A stretch of DNA of 64,000 nt from Octopus vulgaris (lineage: Eukaryota): positions 64,294,001-64,358,000 of the forward strand of contig OX597818.1 of NCBI GenBank assembly GCA_951406725.2, given 5' to 3'. The notes beneath the pieces were generated by a model. The model had not been told where the DNA came from. It made no database searches and saw only the letters and a list, made by a program, of their open reading frames with translations. A program made the translations under genes and the position numbers. Position 1 is the first letter of the stretch. The number at the start of each line of letters is the position of its first letter. Below are positions 18,401 to 32,929 of this stretch, piece after piece.

Positions 18401-18564
18401 CGTACATATATACATATATATAGATACATGCATTCACATATACATACATAATTATCTACATATATGCGTGTGTGTGTGTATGTATGTAGGCCCTGCTCTA
18501 CATGTGCCACGAGGACGAGTGATTCAGTTGATCCGATAAATGGAAGAAGCCGTCTTGTGAAATG

Positions 18565-18768
18565 CTTTTCTACTCTATGCACAAGGCCCGAAGTTTTGAG
18601 GCCGGGGCAAGTGGATTTGATCGACAGTAGCACGCAACTGGTACATGATATATCGAACTCGAAAGGATGAAAGGCGAAGTCGACCTCCGCGGAATTCGAA
18701 CAGTAAAGACAGACGAATTACCGCCATATATTTCGTCAGGCGTGTTAAGGTTTCTGCCAGCTCCCCGC
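18565..18768 (-). mobile_element. SINE family C (diverged)
   Basis: cgaaaggatgaaaggcgaagtcgacctccgcggaattcgaac...ttctgccagctcccc is the reverse complement of the family C core. Confidence 0.7.
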
Positions 18769-19742
18769 ATTGCTGACCATTTCATAGGCATGCGAATCCT
18801 GAACAATTATATATGAGTGGGTATGTCTGCAATATATGCATATATGAATATATGTATGTATTTATATATGTGTATATAGATATATATAAACTGTACTGGG
18901 AGAAGAAGAAGAAACGAAACGAAACAGAACGAAACACGCTGATGTTGAGCTAGGGACAGCTGATGAAGGGGATTATATATATATGCATACACACACACAA
19001 GAACATATGTCTTTGACAGTCAACCTCCTCGATAATTCACATAGATAGCATTCCAAGTCTTAAATTTCTGATGTTTTCAACTAAGTCCCCACAAATAGTG
19101 GCTCCGGATCGGATGCATTCCAAAAATGCAAAAATATGGCATAAATGTATAGTCAAATGTTTCTACCGATTTAAATTTTTGAAACTTTCCTAATTGCAAA
19201 CAATGAGTTACACAAATATAAGCTTTATATTCACGCACCACAAACACAACATTTGTGAACGACATTTGTGAACGACATAGTTAAAGTGTAATACAATTCT
19301 CTAGAAACTTATACGACTAACGATAATGGCATTTTATTTTCTATTATTGTGTGTACTATAACCCGTATATTTTTATATGCTTACGTGTGCAAGCGTAACT
19401 TAAATTTGTACTTAGGTAACAGATACACGCGAATAACATAAATGTAGTATTGACGCTACCTGTTACGTTTAACTGAATTCAGGTCTTCCATACATGTTTC
19501 TTTTTCACCATAATTATTTCCAATGAAAATATATATTTATGCAGCCAATCATCTCATTTATTGACTTCGTAACTGCTGCCAATGTTTAACATTTAATTAC
19601 ACACAAATTTCAACTTATTGCAGGAACTAAATACATTTCAACAAAGTAACATAGAAGCAAATGAGGACTTCCAAACACTATATTTACTAATAAAAATTAT
19701 AAATATAGAAATAGATTTTGAAAATAAATTGGAATATATGTA

Positions 19743-19823
<81 letters not shown>

Positions 19824-19905
19824 ATGTATATATATATATGCATATATACATAATATATATACACATATATACATATATATATATATACATATAAATACAT
19901 ATACG

Positions 19906-19951
<46 letters not shown>

Positions 19952-20035
19952 TAAATACATATACACATACTTGTATATATACATACATATGTAGATATAT
20001 GCAGATATATACCTACATATAAATATATATACATA

Positions 20036-20086
<51 letters not shown>

Positions 20087-21107
20087 TATGTGTGTGTTTG
20101 TATGTTTTCATGAATATGTTCATATATATATATATATATATGCGTGTGTGCGGAAGAAATTTGGAAAGGAAAATGAATGATTAAAATATCTAAAAATAAA
20201 GGAAGACGGCAAAGAAAGAAACGTGACTTTTAAGATATCATACGATCAATAGAAGTTGACTTTATTTAAAAAATAAGTAAAATGTGTATTTATGGATTAT
20301 ATAACAAGAGAGAGAGAGAAAAGTGTAAATCAACAGTTAGAAAAATAAATAAAATCTGATTTCATTGATGTAGAATTAAAAATACATTACCAAACAGAGA
20401 AAATATAGTAAAATTCAAGTTTCTTCGAATTTTTCATCTTTTTGTTTGATTTCTTATGTTTGGGTTGTATTTTTTTTTTTTTTGGCAAAATATCGATTTT
20501 CTTTCTGTTTTCTTCATTTTACTGTTAATGATCTCGTTTAAAAGTCAGCATGGTATTTTTTTTTAAACTCTTATAGAACAAAATATATGGAAAATAATAA
20601 TAAAAGAACGTATGCAACAAAATTAACGAATATATAGGAAAAAATTATAAACATATCAAATTAGAATGTCAAACTATTTAAAAGAAAGAAAAAAAGATGA
20701 ATCGCAAATAAACGAGAAAAAATATCAAAGTCCCCCAAGGCTAAAAATATGGCAAAGAGAAAATACGTAAATGAAAATATGAAGTGAAGTATTGCTGATA
20801 CTGATAATGATGGGAACACAATTTATCTCTACAGTTTTAATGATGAATAAAGAGAAAAAATATAAAAATGAAAAGAAATAGGAAAAAAAATATATAGTTA
20901 TAACGTTCTGCTGTCTGTGTGGCAAAAAGTTCGAAAATTAACAAGCAAATCGGATTTTGAGTGAAATATGTGATTCCCACTCCAGCTTACACAAACCGCC
21001 GCCCTCTCTTTCCACAAACCACCACCTATTAGTATCTACCTGATACACTTGTACTTACGCAAAAATACACATAAATACGAATACAAAATAAGCTAATGTT
21101 TACATAG

Positions 21108-21140
<33 letters not shown>

Positions 21141-21545
21141 CGTGTATGTGTGTATGTGTTTGTTTACATGAATGTGATTCTGTGTTGTGTGTACACACAT
21201 GCATACCTTCACTCGCTTTGTTTAATTATGTGTCGGCTGTCAATCTTTCATTCTATGTGTGTATTTCTCTCTCTTTTTCTTTTCTTCTCTCTCTCGCACA
21301 CACACACACATACACACTCACTTTCTACCTCCCTCTCTCTGAATATACACATATGTGTGTGTATGTATTTATGCACTCGTGCTTATGTATGTGCGTGTTT
21401 ATAAGTGCGTGAAAATGTTAATCTCTTCAGAAGTCTAAAAATGTATTGCTAATGAACATGCCTTCAGTCTGCGTCATTAGAAACCATGGTTACAAAAGCT
21501 GAATATAATCTGCTAGACTCTGTTATCACGTGGCATATATGATTG

Positions 21546-23750
21546 CCCAGCCAGCATGACCATATCCGACCGATATCGGGTGAACAGCGGAATATCGGTA
21601 ATTTTATTACTGATATCGGCCCGTCATCAAATAATATCAGCCCGACATTAATTCGGAGTTACTTTAGGTGTTGCATTTCTCATTGTCAGTTCTATTTACT
21701 ACTATCATCGTCCATGAAAAAAACAACAACTTGTAACAGTACTGTATTATTTTTTAAACAGTACTCCAGCATCGAGTGGATGTCGGGTTGCTGTCGTTCT
21801 GCTGCTGCATATTTGTTTGTTCTTTGTTTGTTGAGCGAAGCTGTCTTCGTCCCAGAGCTCGCAATATCGCGTCTCTGTAGTTGGAGAAGTCCGAAACGTG
21901 GTCCTTTGCAATTCGTAAGGCCCGCAGAAGAGAAAGCAGGTCAACCCCCGACACCGAGAGCATCGACGGATGGGTGAATGCGCATCCTGGGTCAACGGTT
22001 GCGTAGAAAGTCGAGGACACAAGAATCAGGAAGAAAGAGTGAGAGAAAGTTGGAGCGAAAGAGTACAACAGGGGTCGCCACCACTCCCTGCCGGAGCATT
22101 GTGGAGCTTTAGGTGTTTTCGCTCAATAAACACACACAACGCCCAGTTTGAGAATCGGAGTCGCGATGCTCTGACCATGAGTTCGCTGCCCAAACCATTG
22201 GGCCCTTTCGCCTTCTACTGCTGATGCTGGACAAACCAGCAGCGTCAGGGGAAGCAACTCAAAAGGCAACTCTTACATTTTACACATCGAAAACTTTCAA
22301 TATCCCTGTCGAAAGTTAGGATTAGAAAAACACATGATTTATTTAGTATCATAAATAAAGCTAAAAATGCTTTTAAATATCGCCAGTTCAATATAATGTA
22401 TGGTGAAGCTTTTCGACTTGGGAAATGTTCAACAAATAATTGCAAATCATATGTTTCAGTGCAGAATATTTCGCGTCATTTTCTAAAATTGCATCCAAAC
22501 CAATCCACACGTTTAATTTAAGGTATGTTAAAATGGGATGAAATATGTCAGAATCGATTTTTTACAGCATCAACAAACATTATGGTGTTTACATGTAAAG
22601 TTAATAATTGAGTGGTTATCAACATTTGACATATTATTTGTTTGGATGCGTGTAGATAAAAACAAAGAGAAAATAAACCAACATAAACTTCCACAACTCA
22701 AAATATATTTCAAATTTCTCAATGAAACTCTACAGAAATGGTTACCATATGGAGAGCTGCAGATAGCCTGTCTACAGATTTCAAACAATCAGTTCTTTAA
22801 TAATTAGTATAGTTAGTGAATCCCTTTTAGATGTTAGTTTATTTATTTTATTTTATTTATTTAGTTTTCTCTTGGGGCTTATCAACATATCTGACAGACA
22901 GGATCACCCCATGTTTGCTGAATTTATTATATGCATTGGAAATGGGGCTGAATATCTGTTCCCGAGGAAACGCACGTAAAACACTGAGTCCTCACTCACA
23001 ATCCACCTTTCATTTTACATGAAAGTGTGGGTTGGTTCTCAGATATGTCCATAGAGAGCATTACAAATATGAGGCTTGCAAAGTAAAATGAGTTGTTACT
23101 TTTTCACTTCTCTTCTAGCGGTTTCTACATGATTTTTCAGATATTCCCATACACATGCCATGTAAACCGATGCTCATACATTTACATCTTCAAAATAAAT
23201 TTAATATTATTTCTGTTTAGAAGTGGGTGGTCCTACTTGGCTGTAAACTGAAACAATATTACATTTTTATTTTCAAACGATGGGTGGGTGAGGCTGGAAT
23301 CAGAGCAATTCATGCCAGGGATCTGGTGTAATGCTATGGAGAGCATAAAAGGTGGCCGATGTCGAACCCGTATAAATGTTTAATCATAAATTCCTTAGCC
23401 CATCTTTGAATGTATTTCGAAGCCGGATCAGGCATTTGGCAAAATCGGCTCAGGCGGATACTGAGATTTCTCAAGTTGAAAAACTATACATCAGCCCAAC
23501 CTCATTTTGATATCGGACCGATGTCACCTTGATGTGAATATGACATTGGGCCGATGTCAACCCGATGTAAGAGACCAAAATCTCACATCGGCCCAAACTC
23601 AAATTCATACCGGCCCGGCATCGGGCAATATATCTGCCCGATGTTGTGCTGTGTTGTAAAATGAGATCGGGCCGAAATCAGACCGATTTTGTGCCGATAT
23701 ACATAACAACATCGGTTTGATACCGGCCGGATACGGTTTTGCTGGCTGGT
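21546..23750. mobile_element. Non-autonomous CMC/EnSpm-like DNA transposon with 2-bp TSD (TG) and subterminal repeats; nested family B SINE (about 21826-22213, minus)
   Basis: TG|cccagccagcatgaccatatccgaccgatatc ... gataccggccggatacggttttgctggctggt|TG; many atcgg/ccgat subterminal motifs at both ends. Confidence 0.7.
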
Positions 23751-24609
23751 TGGTGATCACAATCTTGCTCTTCTTTCGAACATTTAGAATTCTCTGTTAT
23801 TAATAGTTTTCAATTTAAATACAGAGAAGAGAATTTTTGGGAGAATTTTTCCAATAGGCGATTCTCCTCTGCATCATTTGCACTCGAATATTATTACCAC
23901 AACGCATTTATTCTACCGGCGCTCTAACGATTCTGCCAATAACGGCTTAACATTTTATCGTTTAAGGATTTTGTCCGACACACCAAGGATTCTACCAAAT
24001 TGCTACCTTCGTTTATGCCAATTATATGATATTATTCCACTTGATTTTCTCAGTGTATATATGATAACGTGGTAGAATTTTGACGATGCAGAATTACTAA
24101 CTAGAATGCATGTTTATGAAAAATACTTTCACCGAAGCAATCCAGTTTATATTCTAAGACGATATATTTCTTCATGTTGAGAAATTGAATACGTCGTTTA
24201 ATCCTAATGGTTTTCCATCTAATTATAGATTTCTCAGATATGTCTTATGTCGCACTCAGTTGTATGAAGCTTTGAAGACAAGAGAGGATTATCAAAAGCC
24301 TAAACAGATTATCACTTGCGTAACAGCATGATGCAACATTGATGGGAGGAGATTAAATTCTGTATTAAAAGTGACAGCTTAGTTGCCAGTAAATATGTAA
24401 AATGAATTTATATCACATATATCCTAAAGAAAAAACTTGTTCATTTTACAAATCAGGGACGGAATGAGTCGCAGAGGCGCAGCTGTTTAGAAGCTGTCCA
24501 TTTCGCTCGGCGCACTGCACATTCAGGCTGATTTGGTGACGGTAATTTTGGCCCTGGAATCTAACGCACAAACATAGTCTCTTTCTCTCTCTCTGTGTCT
24601 CTCTCTCCA

Positions 24610-24658
<49 letters not shown>

Positions 24659-25315
24659 CACACACATACACACACTCGCATGTGCACAGCGAGAGGGAAA
24701 GTGAGGAAAACGAAAGTGGGCGAGAGACGGACATTACGTCTTTTTAATTGCACGCATTTCACGTAAACACTTCCACGTGTGGTAAATAGTTTTGCATACA
24801 TAGAAAGAGAAGGAGAAAGAGAGATATATAGAGAAGGAAAGAACGAAAGCGTGTGACATAGCGATAAGGAAAGAGAAAAGAAAACGTCTGATATCAAATG
24901 AATGATTGTCGTTTACCGGTACAAGAAGTTAAAGCCAAAAGTTCTCTGTCAATTGCCTCATGCACTACTTAGAAGAAATATAAAGAGGGAGATGAAGAAA
25001 CTTGAAAGTTTTGCGGCGAATGAAGTGTCATGAATTTGGTGTTGGGTGAGGTTTTAATGGGTTCCTCTGTTATAATTCGCAGACACAAAAATATAGATAT
25101 TCGCGTGTACTAATACAGAGCTACACGCAAGAGAAAATAAGTAAAAAATAATACACATATATGTATGTGTGTATATACACACACACACACACACACATAT
25201 AGTAAAAATTTTAATATACTAGGTATGTGACACACGAACCTATATATATATAGGGAATCCAAACAAACAAGAACAAACAAGAAAAGGCATTAACGCGATG
25301 ACGTAGTACAAGTAC

Positions 25316-25538
25316 TGTGGTAGAAACGTTAGCACGCCGGGCGAAATGCGTAGCCGTATTTCGTCTGCCATTATGTTCTGGGTTCAAATTCCGCCGAGGT
25401 CGACTTTGCCTTTCAGCCTTTCGGGGTCGATAAATTAAGTACCAGTTACGCACTGGGGTCAAAGTAATAGACTTAATCCGTTTGTCGGTCCTTGTTTGTC
25501 CCCTCTGTGTTTAACCCCTTGTGGATAGTAAAGAAATA
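25316..25538 (+). mobile_element. SINE family C
   Basis: gaaacgttagcacgccgggcgaaatg...ggttcaaattccgccgaggtcgactttgcctttc...gtcccctctgtgttta; matches 56120-56350. Confidence 0.85.
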
Positions 25539-26289
25539 TATAATCAGACGCCCAGAAATGACACACGAGTGTGTATGATTGTGAATAGCAGAATGTATTA
25601 TAGAAAGAAATTCCAACTTTGAAATTTCATGTTTTATTTACAATCTTATAGTAACATAAGATAAGATAGCATATTGAAATGATAGAATATTAAATGTCCA
25701 TTCTGATTGAACTAGTACTTTCATGCATTAAACTATGCAATCGTCAAGTTCAAGAAGCAGTGACGAATGTTATGTTTTACAATTGACAAATGTGGCGAGA
25801 TGGCTAATCTGTGAGCCTTATATACATTTGTATAGACTCCAGAATGTCAAGTTTTGCAAACTGTATTCTGACCATTCAGTGGGCGATTTTACTAAATCAC
25901 TTAAATTGATTATTGTTTGGTTTAGGCGTCACGGTTTGTTGAACATGTAAAGAGACCTGTATTTTGACCCTAGCCAAAGCAGCAATTGTTGTGCTATTTT
26001 TTGTAATGTAAACAACATTTCACAGGAATTTTTACATTCCAATTATCATCGTTACCATTATCATTTCTTATATTATTGTTGTCGTTGTTGTAGATGATGG
26101 TGGTGGTCAGCTACTTGTGGTAAACGAACTTTTTAACTCCAAAATAAGTTTATTTTTACTGACATTTCTCTTGACTTTGCTAGTATTTTCCTGCTATCGC
26201 CATCATGAGAATCTCTAATATTTTTGTTATTGTTGTTGTTAGTACTAGTGGTCGTAGCAGTAGAAATAGTACCTCTGAGTATTAGTATT

Positions 26290-27262
26290 ATTGTTCATGT
26301 AGCTTTGGTTGGTATTTATTAATTAAATTCTTTTCTCTGATTTTTCTCTCAATTTCTCTTGTAATGTGTAGTTTGTAGAACTGAAATATCATTATCTTCC
26401 GATCGCATGTTGCTAGATGGTTACTCAAAGGTAACTCACGGAACATCTTGGTCTTTAATTTGCTGTCGCTGCACACGTGAACGTGCTACTAGTGCATTTC
26501 CAGTCTGACCTATATATAGTTCTTCACAATTTGGGCATTTGATGGAGCAAATTTAATTTCTGCTTTTACAGTTAATACATACGTTCATGGATATTTCTCC
26601 GGTTTTGCTGATCATTTATTGGACAGCAAGTATGAATTGACACGTGCCACATAGACTATCATTGCATGTAGATATAGTGAATGATTGGTCTTCGCTTCAA
26701 ACTGCCTTTCTGAATAAATTTTCGAATTTTTAGTCTTTTACTAAGAAACAGAGCTCAATTGGTGATTACTTTGAGCAATGATCGTCAGGTTTGCTTTGGC
26801 AATGTTGAAGATATTCTGGTGACTTGGGTTGTATGTCATTATAAATGGAATGACTTTTTTCCTGTATTTCTCATCTTTGGTTTCTCTGTTGTATTGCTAT
26901 TTTTATAGCCCGTTGTATGCCATTTTCTATAAGTAGAGAGAGGTATTCATCTTTGAGCAAAAATTCTCTTAGTTCTGTGATGTGTTGCTCCTGATATTTG
27001 CATGTTCAACGATAGTACATATTCCTTTGGTTAGGCATTATGGGATGTCGCGTTTCGTATGTGGTGGATGGCATGCTTAACATTCACGTATTGATTTGTG
27101 TCCCTGTGTTTCTAGTATATATCTCTGGTAATGGTGGCATTATTTTTAATTACCATTATAGCTAGGAAAGGTAATTTGGTGCTAGTCATCTCCTTTGGAA
27201 ATCAGAGAAATGGGCGTAGGTTATTCAGGAGGATATTGAACACTCCCTGGAGTAGAAGAAAT
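26290..27262 (-). pseudogene. Degenerate Penelope-like element: RT C-terminus plus GIY-YIG endonuclease
   Basis: Minus-strand translation across stops and frameshifts: KLPFLAIMV..RDIY*K..TNQY..CHPPHTKRDIP, IPFIMTYNP, CNDSLCGTC, NCKSRN*ICSIKCPNCEELYIGQTG, PLSNHLATC, REKNLINKYQPKL. Confidence 0.85.
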
Positions 27263-27401
27263 CTATAGAACTGTAGAATTTATATTGAAAAGGAATGGAA
27301 GAGATAACTTAACAATTGTTTCATAATCTAGACAGAATCCCAAAATTGTTATTTGTATATATGTGTGTGTGTATGTATGCATGTAAGTGTATATATATTT
27401 A

Positions 27402-27528
<127 letters not shown>

Positions 27529-27799
27529 ATAAATGTATAATCATACATATATGTAGATATATATATATATATGCCTATGTAAATAAATATAAAATAGGAT
27601 AAAATATTTATAAGGATGTATCAAGTAGTCAGCGTGAAAAACCTCATAGGAGCTCGATTCTACAGTTGCATATCCGCGCGTTCGTTACACTCTATTTATT
27701 ATGGTAGTTTTGATTTGAAGAGTCCCTCATAGTGTGAAGCATTTATATGTAGTAATGCATATTTATATGTGTGTGTGTGCAAGCGTATGTATATGTGTA

Positions 27800-27870
<71 letters not shown>

Positions 27871-28057
27871 AATGAGATAGGGGTTGAAAATTCAACCCAC
27901 CATGGGATAATATATATCCAATATACTGCCAGATAGGTACCCAACAAGATTAATACATAGATGTTAAAAATTGTCAAACAATCAGTTCATCTATTGTATT
28001 ATATGGGATAGTTGATGTTTTATTGATTTAAGTATGTTTCTCCATTCTCTAATTTTG

Positions 28058-28095
<38 letters not shown>

Positions 28096-28099
<4 letters not shown>

Positions 28100-28277
28100 G
28101 ATGTACTCGCATAGCAAGTAATTTGATCTGAGATTGCGTGCTGAAACGAAAACAATTGCAGCGTGGAAGGTGTTTATAAGCCATTTAAGAAACACACAAA
28201 AGCCGTTCGATTCACTTCAACATTTAAGTTTAATTTGTCAAAATATTTTCGTCGCTAAAATCCGCGACCTGTTCACT

Positions 28278-28280
<3 letters not shown>
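28096..28280 (-). mobile_element. About 185-bp insert between two (TA)n arrays carrying a variant minimal HHR
   Basis: Bounded by TA arrays; the minus-strand 5' end reads ca-GTGAACA-g-GTCGC-ggatttta-GCGAC-GAAA-ATAT-TT-tgac. Confidence 0.6.
28237..28278 (-). ncRNA. Candidate type I minimal hammerhead ribozyme with G3-C8 compensatory core; stem I truncated
   Basis: Core GUGAACA (28276-28270), perfect 5-bp stem II, GAAA, palindromic AAUAUU stem III, UU at the cleavage position; only 2 bp of stem I remain. Confidence 0.55.
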
Positions 28281-28349
<69 letters not shown>

Positions 28350-28619
28350 TATGTATATATATGAATGTATGTATAAATAAAGTTTAGATTAGTTAGCATG
28401 CGTATGTGACATTTCTAACGCTAAAGGCAGATTTACAGTGGTATCTATGAGTTGTACTTTAAGCAGTTGAAATAGGTCAGAAATATACTTTTAGCAAACC
28501 TAGAGTTTGCTTATGGCGAAAAACCGCTTGGTGCTAATATTATGAATATATATATATATATCAGTGTGTGTGTACGCATATATGTGTGCACACACAGACA
28601 CACACACATACTCACATAA

Positions 28620-28918
28620 TGAAGGCACCTTTTTAAATGATTAGGGCATTCTGTTCACGATAGTGAGTTCAAAACCTGGCGCCGCTATGTATCCTTGAAC
28701 AAGTCACTTTATTTCTACTCATCTGGCAAAAATTAGTAGTACCTTTATTTCAGTTGGCCACCCTTGTCCCACTCTGGGTCAAGCTGAATCCTCCCGAGAA
28801 CTTCGTTAAGGATGCACGTGACTGTGGTTTGCTCAGCCACTGGCGTGTTAATCTCACAAGCAAGCTATTCCCTTGATCGTATCTGGGAGCCTCGTCGTCA
28901 TAACCGACGGAATGCTCC
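28620..28918 (+). mobile_element. Diverged SINE sharing the 3' module of family B
   Basis: gctgaatc...cgttaagg..gcacgtg..tgctcagccact..gttaat..cacaagcaagct..gatcg..cctcgtcgtcataaccgacgg, as in 3070-3205. Confidence 0.6.
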
Positions 28919-29015
28919 TAAATACACATATAAAGTTGCGTGTGTGTGTGTTTGCGTGTGTGTATGTGTGTGTTTGTGTGTGTGTGTGTGCGCGTGAGTG
29001 TGCGTGCGTGTGTGT

Positions 29016-29051
<36 letters not shown>

Positions 29052-31444
29052 TATTCGTCTGCACAAAATATATTGTACAATCCACTTTCTGAAATTGTAT
29101 TGAATTTTCCAATAATGCACGGCAATGCAGAAAAATCTCCCTCCCACTTCGTCTTTCCTCCTACTTATGCACAACCAAGTGCTCGTCTAGTGAGAATGAT
29201 ATTGCGGGGGACGACGTTTCAGGAATCCCTCAGCGTATGCGAGACACAATTAGCTTATAGAATCAATGTGGAATGCTGACGCATTTTAATGTAATGGACA
29301 AATGTGTGTATGTGTCTATTCGATAACATTTGCCAAGTGAATTATCTTACATTATCGCAGTGGAGCTTTTGCAAACGTCTCCTTTCAATTATTCTGCATC
29401 TTTACTGTGGTAGTGTTGTGCAGTAAATTTAATTCAGTAGGAGTATCTGAATTATGTATTTGTGGCCAAAAAGTTTAGAGAAATTATAAATAATATCGAT
29501 TCTTTTAATTTGATCAGCAAACATCCAAGTCAATAATAGCATATATTACATTCTCAGAATGTATATATTTTGTATAAATAATATATTTCTAATTGTGTAA
29601 ATAATTATGTAGAACCGTATGCATCACGGAATTCATATTCGATTCCAATATAAAGAATGTTTTCAAAAGTTAATGCCATGTTATTTTCTGATACAGCACT
29701 CCGAAAACAGATATTAATTAATATTAATATTTAAATAATTCTGAATGAAATAAACTCAGAGGATTTAATTAGTAACTGCTACAGAATTAATAATCTCAGT
29801 GTTTTACGTTTCATCCTAAAAATACATCCTTTATTCCGGGAAAATATTTGCAGAGTTTTCCTCCTGCTCCATCCATTTTATTTGAGATTCGGTTTTGCAT
29901 TACAGCGTCTTCATTAGAATAATAATTAATGATGGAGAATATATGAATATTCACAATGGAAAGAATCACTTTCTTGTTAGCATTTTCATTGGTATCTGAA
30001 ATAATTCATTTACTTCTAAAGAATGGCTGTTTTCCTTTCAATTCTAATGACAATATTTTAATTCAGGGAGAAAAAAAATCAATTTTGAAATACCGTTCAA
30101 AATCTAAAACAAGGCTTAATTAGATTTGTTCACTTCTCGTGTCATGCGTTTATACGAACAATAAATATGTTTTCGGCACTGCTGTCTTGTGGCTAGAAAA
30201 TATTTTTATGAATAAAATAAACAAAGAAAAATTGTAATTATGAATTGTCATTCCCAAACTTTTCTATTTTAATTTAATTATTTCGCATATTCTTTTAATT
30301 CAATCATTTAAAATTCCTCAAATTTTCAAATGTATTTTTGAGTGACGGAAATGAAATCTCTGAAGAAACTGAGGAAATAAAATTAACGCCGACTGCTTGT
30401 ATTGTCAATCAGTAAAACTCTGCCCGCTTTACTAACATAAACATTTATGTTATGCGTACCATAAATACGTTCTAACTTCTTATTGTAAGGTTACCTGTTT
30501 CCGTCTCTTCATAAGTAAAGAAAGTATGTCTTGAGATTCTGTAGTAATAGATTCATCATATCGTAAATTCAATATTCCTTTTACGACTGCATGACTTAGA
30601 AATCTTACAATTCTGCCAGCTCACCAATCTATAACAACCTAATATTTATAATTGATAATCATTGTGTTTTCCTAAGCTGAATTATTTTGAAATCCTTTAA
30701 GGATCGTGACAGTGAATATTGCAGAATCATTCATAATTTCTTCCTTTACACACATATTTCTCGGTTAATTATTCACACAACATTTGCAATTTTATGCGCT
30801 GAGCAATACACAATGTGTAAATGCCTGAACAAGCTTCGTGCATATCCAATGTTGTAAGGTGAAAATCTACATTTAATTGGAACCATCCATGTGTTTATGA
30901 GAAAAATCCATGTTCTAGGGCACAATAAATAATAAGAAAGAAATTATTTGATATATATAAATATCCAATAAAAGAGGTTAATTAACAAATCTGAAATGCA
31001 GAGATTAGTTAATTACAAGTTTTAATTTAATTACAATTTTCCCTTTAATGAAACATTTTCACCGAAATATTCTATTGAAAGGGCAAGTTACAGAAGGGGC
31101 ATTTTATTTAGATTTCGAGTAAGAGGAAAACAAACGATGCTAAATATCAACGTCAAGAATATGAAAGGAGAAAATGCCACACGGGAGCTCTCGAGGAGAA
31201 ATTCTGTCAAATTGAGATTTGATATCCGAAATATTATAACACGAAATAACTTCTTCAAAAACTAAGTTCTTTTGGCATTTTATCCATTTGTTCATGTTTA
31301 TAGAATGGAAACATTAGCTCAGCATTCGTCAAACGACTGTATGAATAATACCAATTAATGAACGGTTCGAATTTTCTTTTTGTTTTTAAATAATGCACAT
31401 CGTATAATTTATTGCATATAAAATGATGTACTGATATGATATTT

Positions 31445-31922
<478 letters not shown>

Positions 31923-32929
31923 GTATTCCATAGATTGTCTCAATACAACATCAAAGAGTTTATAGAAATATGTGATATTCAAGAATAAAAAATCAAAGAT
32001 GTCTGGAATGTTTTTTTCCTATTAAATATTCATCATTGATTATTTTTGCAAACAACATAGATACTTAGCTCCTCCATTTATTCAAATATAAATGTATACA
32101 TTAATGGAAACATATATAGGCACACATACACATAAATACACACACACACATACACACGCATATATACACACATACATATATATATATATACACATATATA
32201 TATATATATATATGTATATATTTATGTATATATATGTGCATATAACTGCATACATACATATATATGCGTGTATGTGTATGTGTACCTATATATGTATGTA
32301 TACAAAAATAACGATATTATTGATAAATAATAAGAACGTAAGTGGCTAGTAAGCATAAAAAGTTAAAAGGTAAATTTATAAATTTATAATTATAGCCGTA
32401 GCTATGATTAAGAGCACCAGATATTACCAAGTTTGCTAGAAATAAGAACCGATAATTTCTCAAATAAGCAACAATAGCACTGAAAATTTAACAAGCAGAA
32501 CGATATCGAGAAGCAAGTGACAAGACGACGTACCATTGCTTGGGAAAAGATTCGAATGAATTTTCAGATATACTCATATCACGTGTTTGGAAGTCTTATT
32601 TCTAGCTTATTAGATTATTTTTTACTCTTATTTCTAGCAACGCTGGTACTATCTGATACCCTTAATTATAATCATAATTATAGTTATACATTTATATGTA
32701 TGCATATATATGTCAGATATGATATAATTATATATTATATTTTATATTTTATATGTCTATTTCATTGTCTAATTATATTTACTATATATTTTGTATAATG
32801 CCTTTACTGTTATGTAATGGTGTAATAAAGTATTGATTGGGTATCATATGATGGTTGATATTTGATTGATTTAAGTATGTTTCTCCATTTTCTAATTTTG
32901 TTATATATATATATATATATAGATAGATA

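Noticed and set aside
29300-31400. Long non-repetitive AT-rich stretch as host exons (also 3210-4740)
   Set aside because: No ORF or recognisable motif; coding function cannot be supported from sequence alone.
32380-32905. Possible further PLE 3' remnant (LTSRTISRSK*..LL; tail shared with 27990-28060)
   Set aside because: The shared tail is real, but the protein similarity is too weak to assign.
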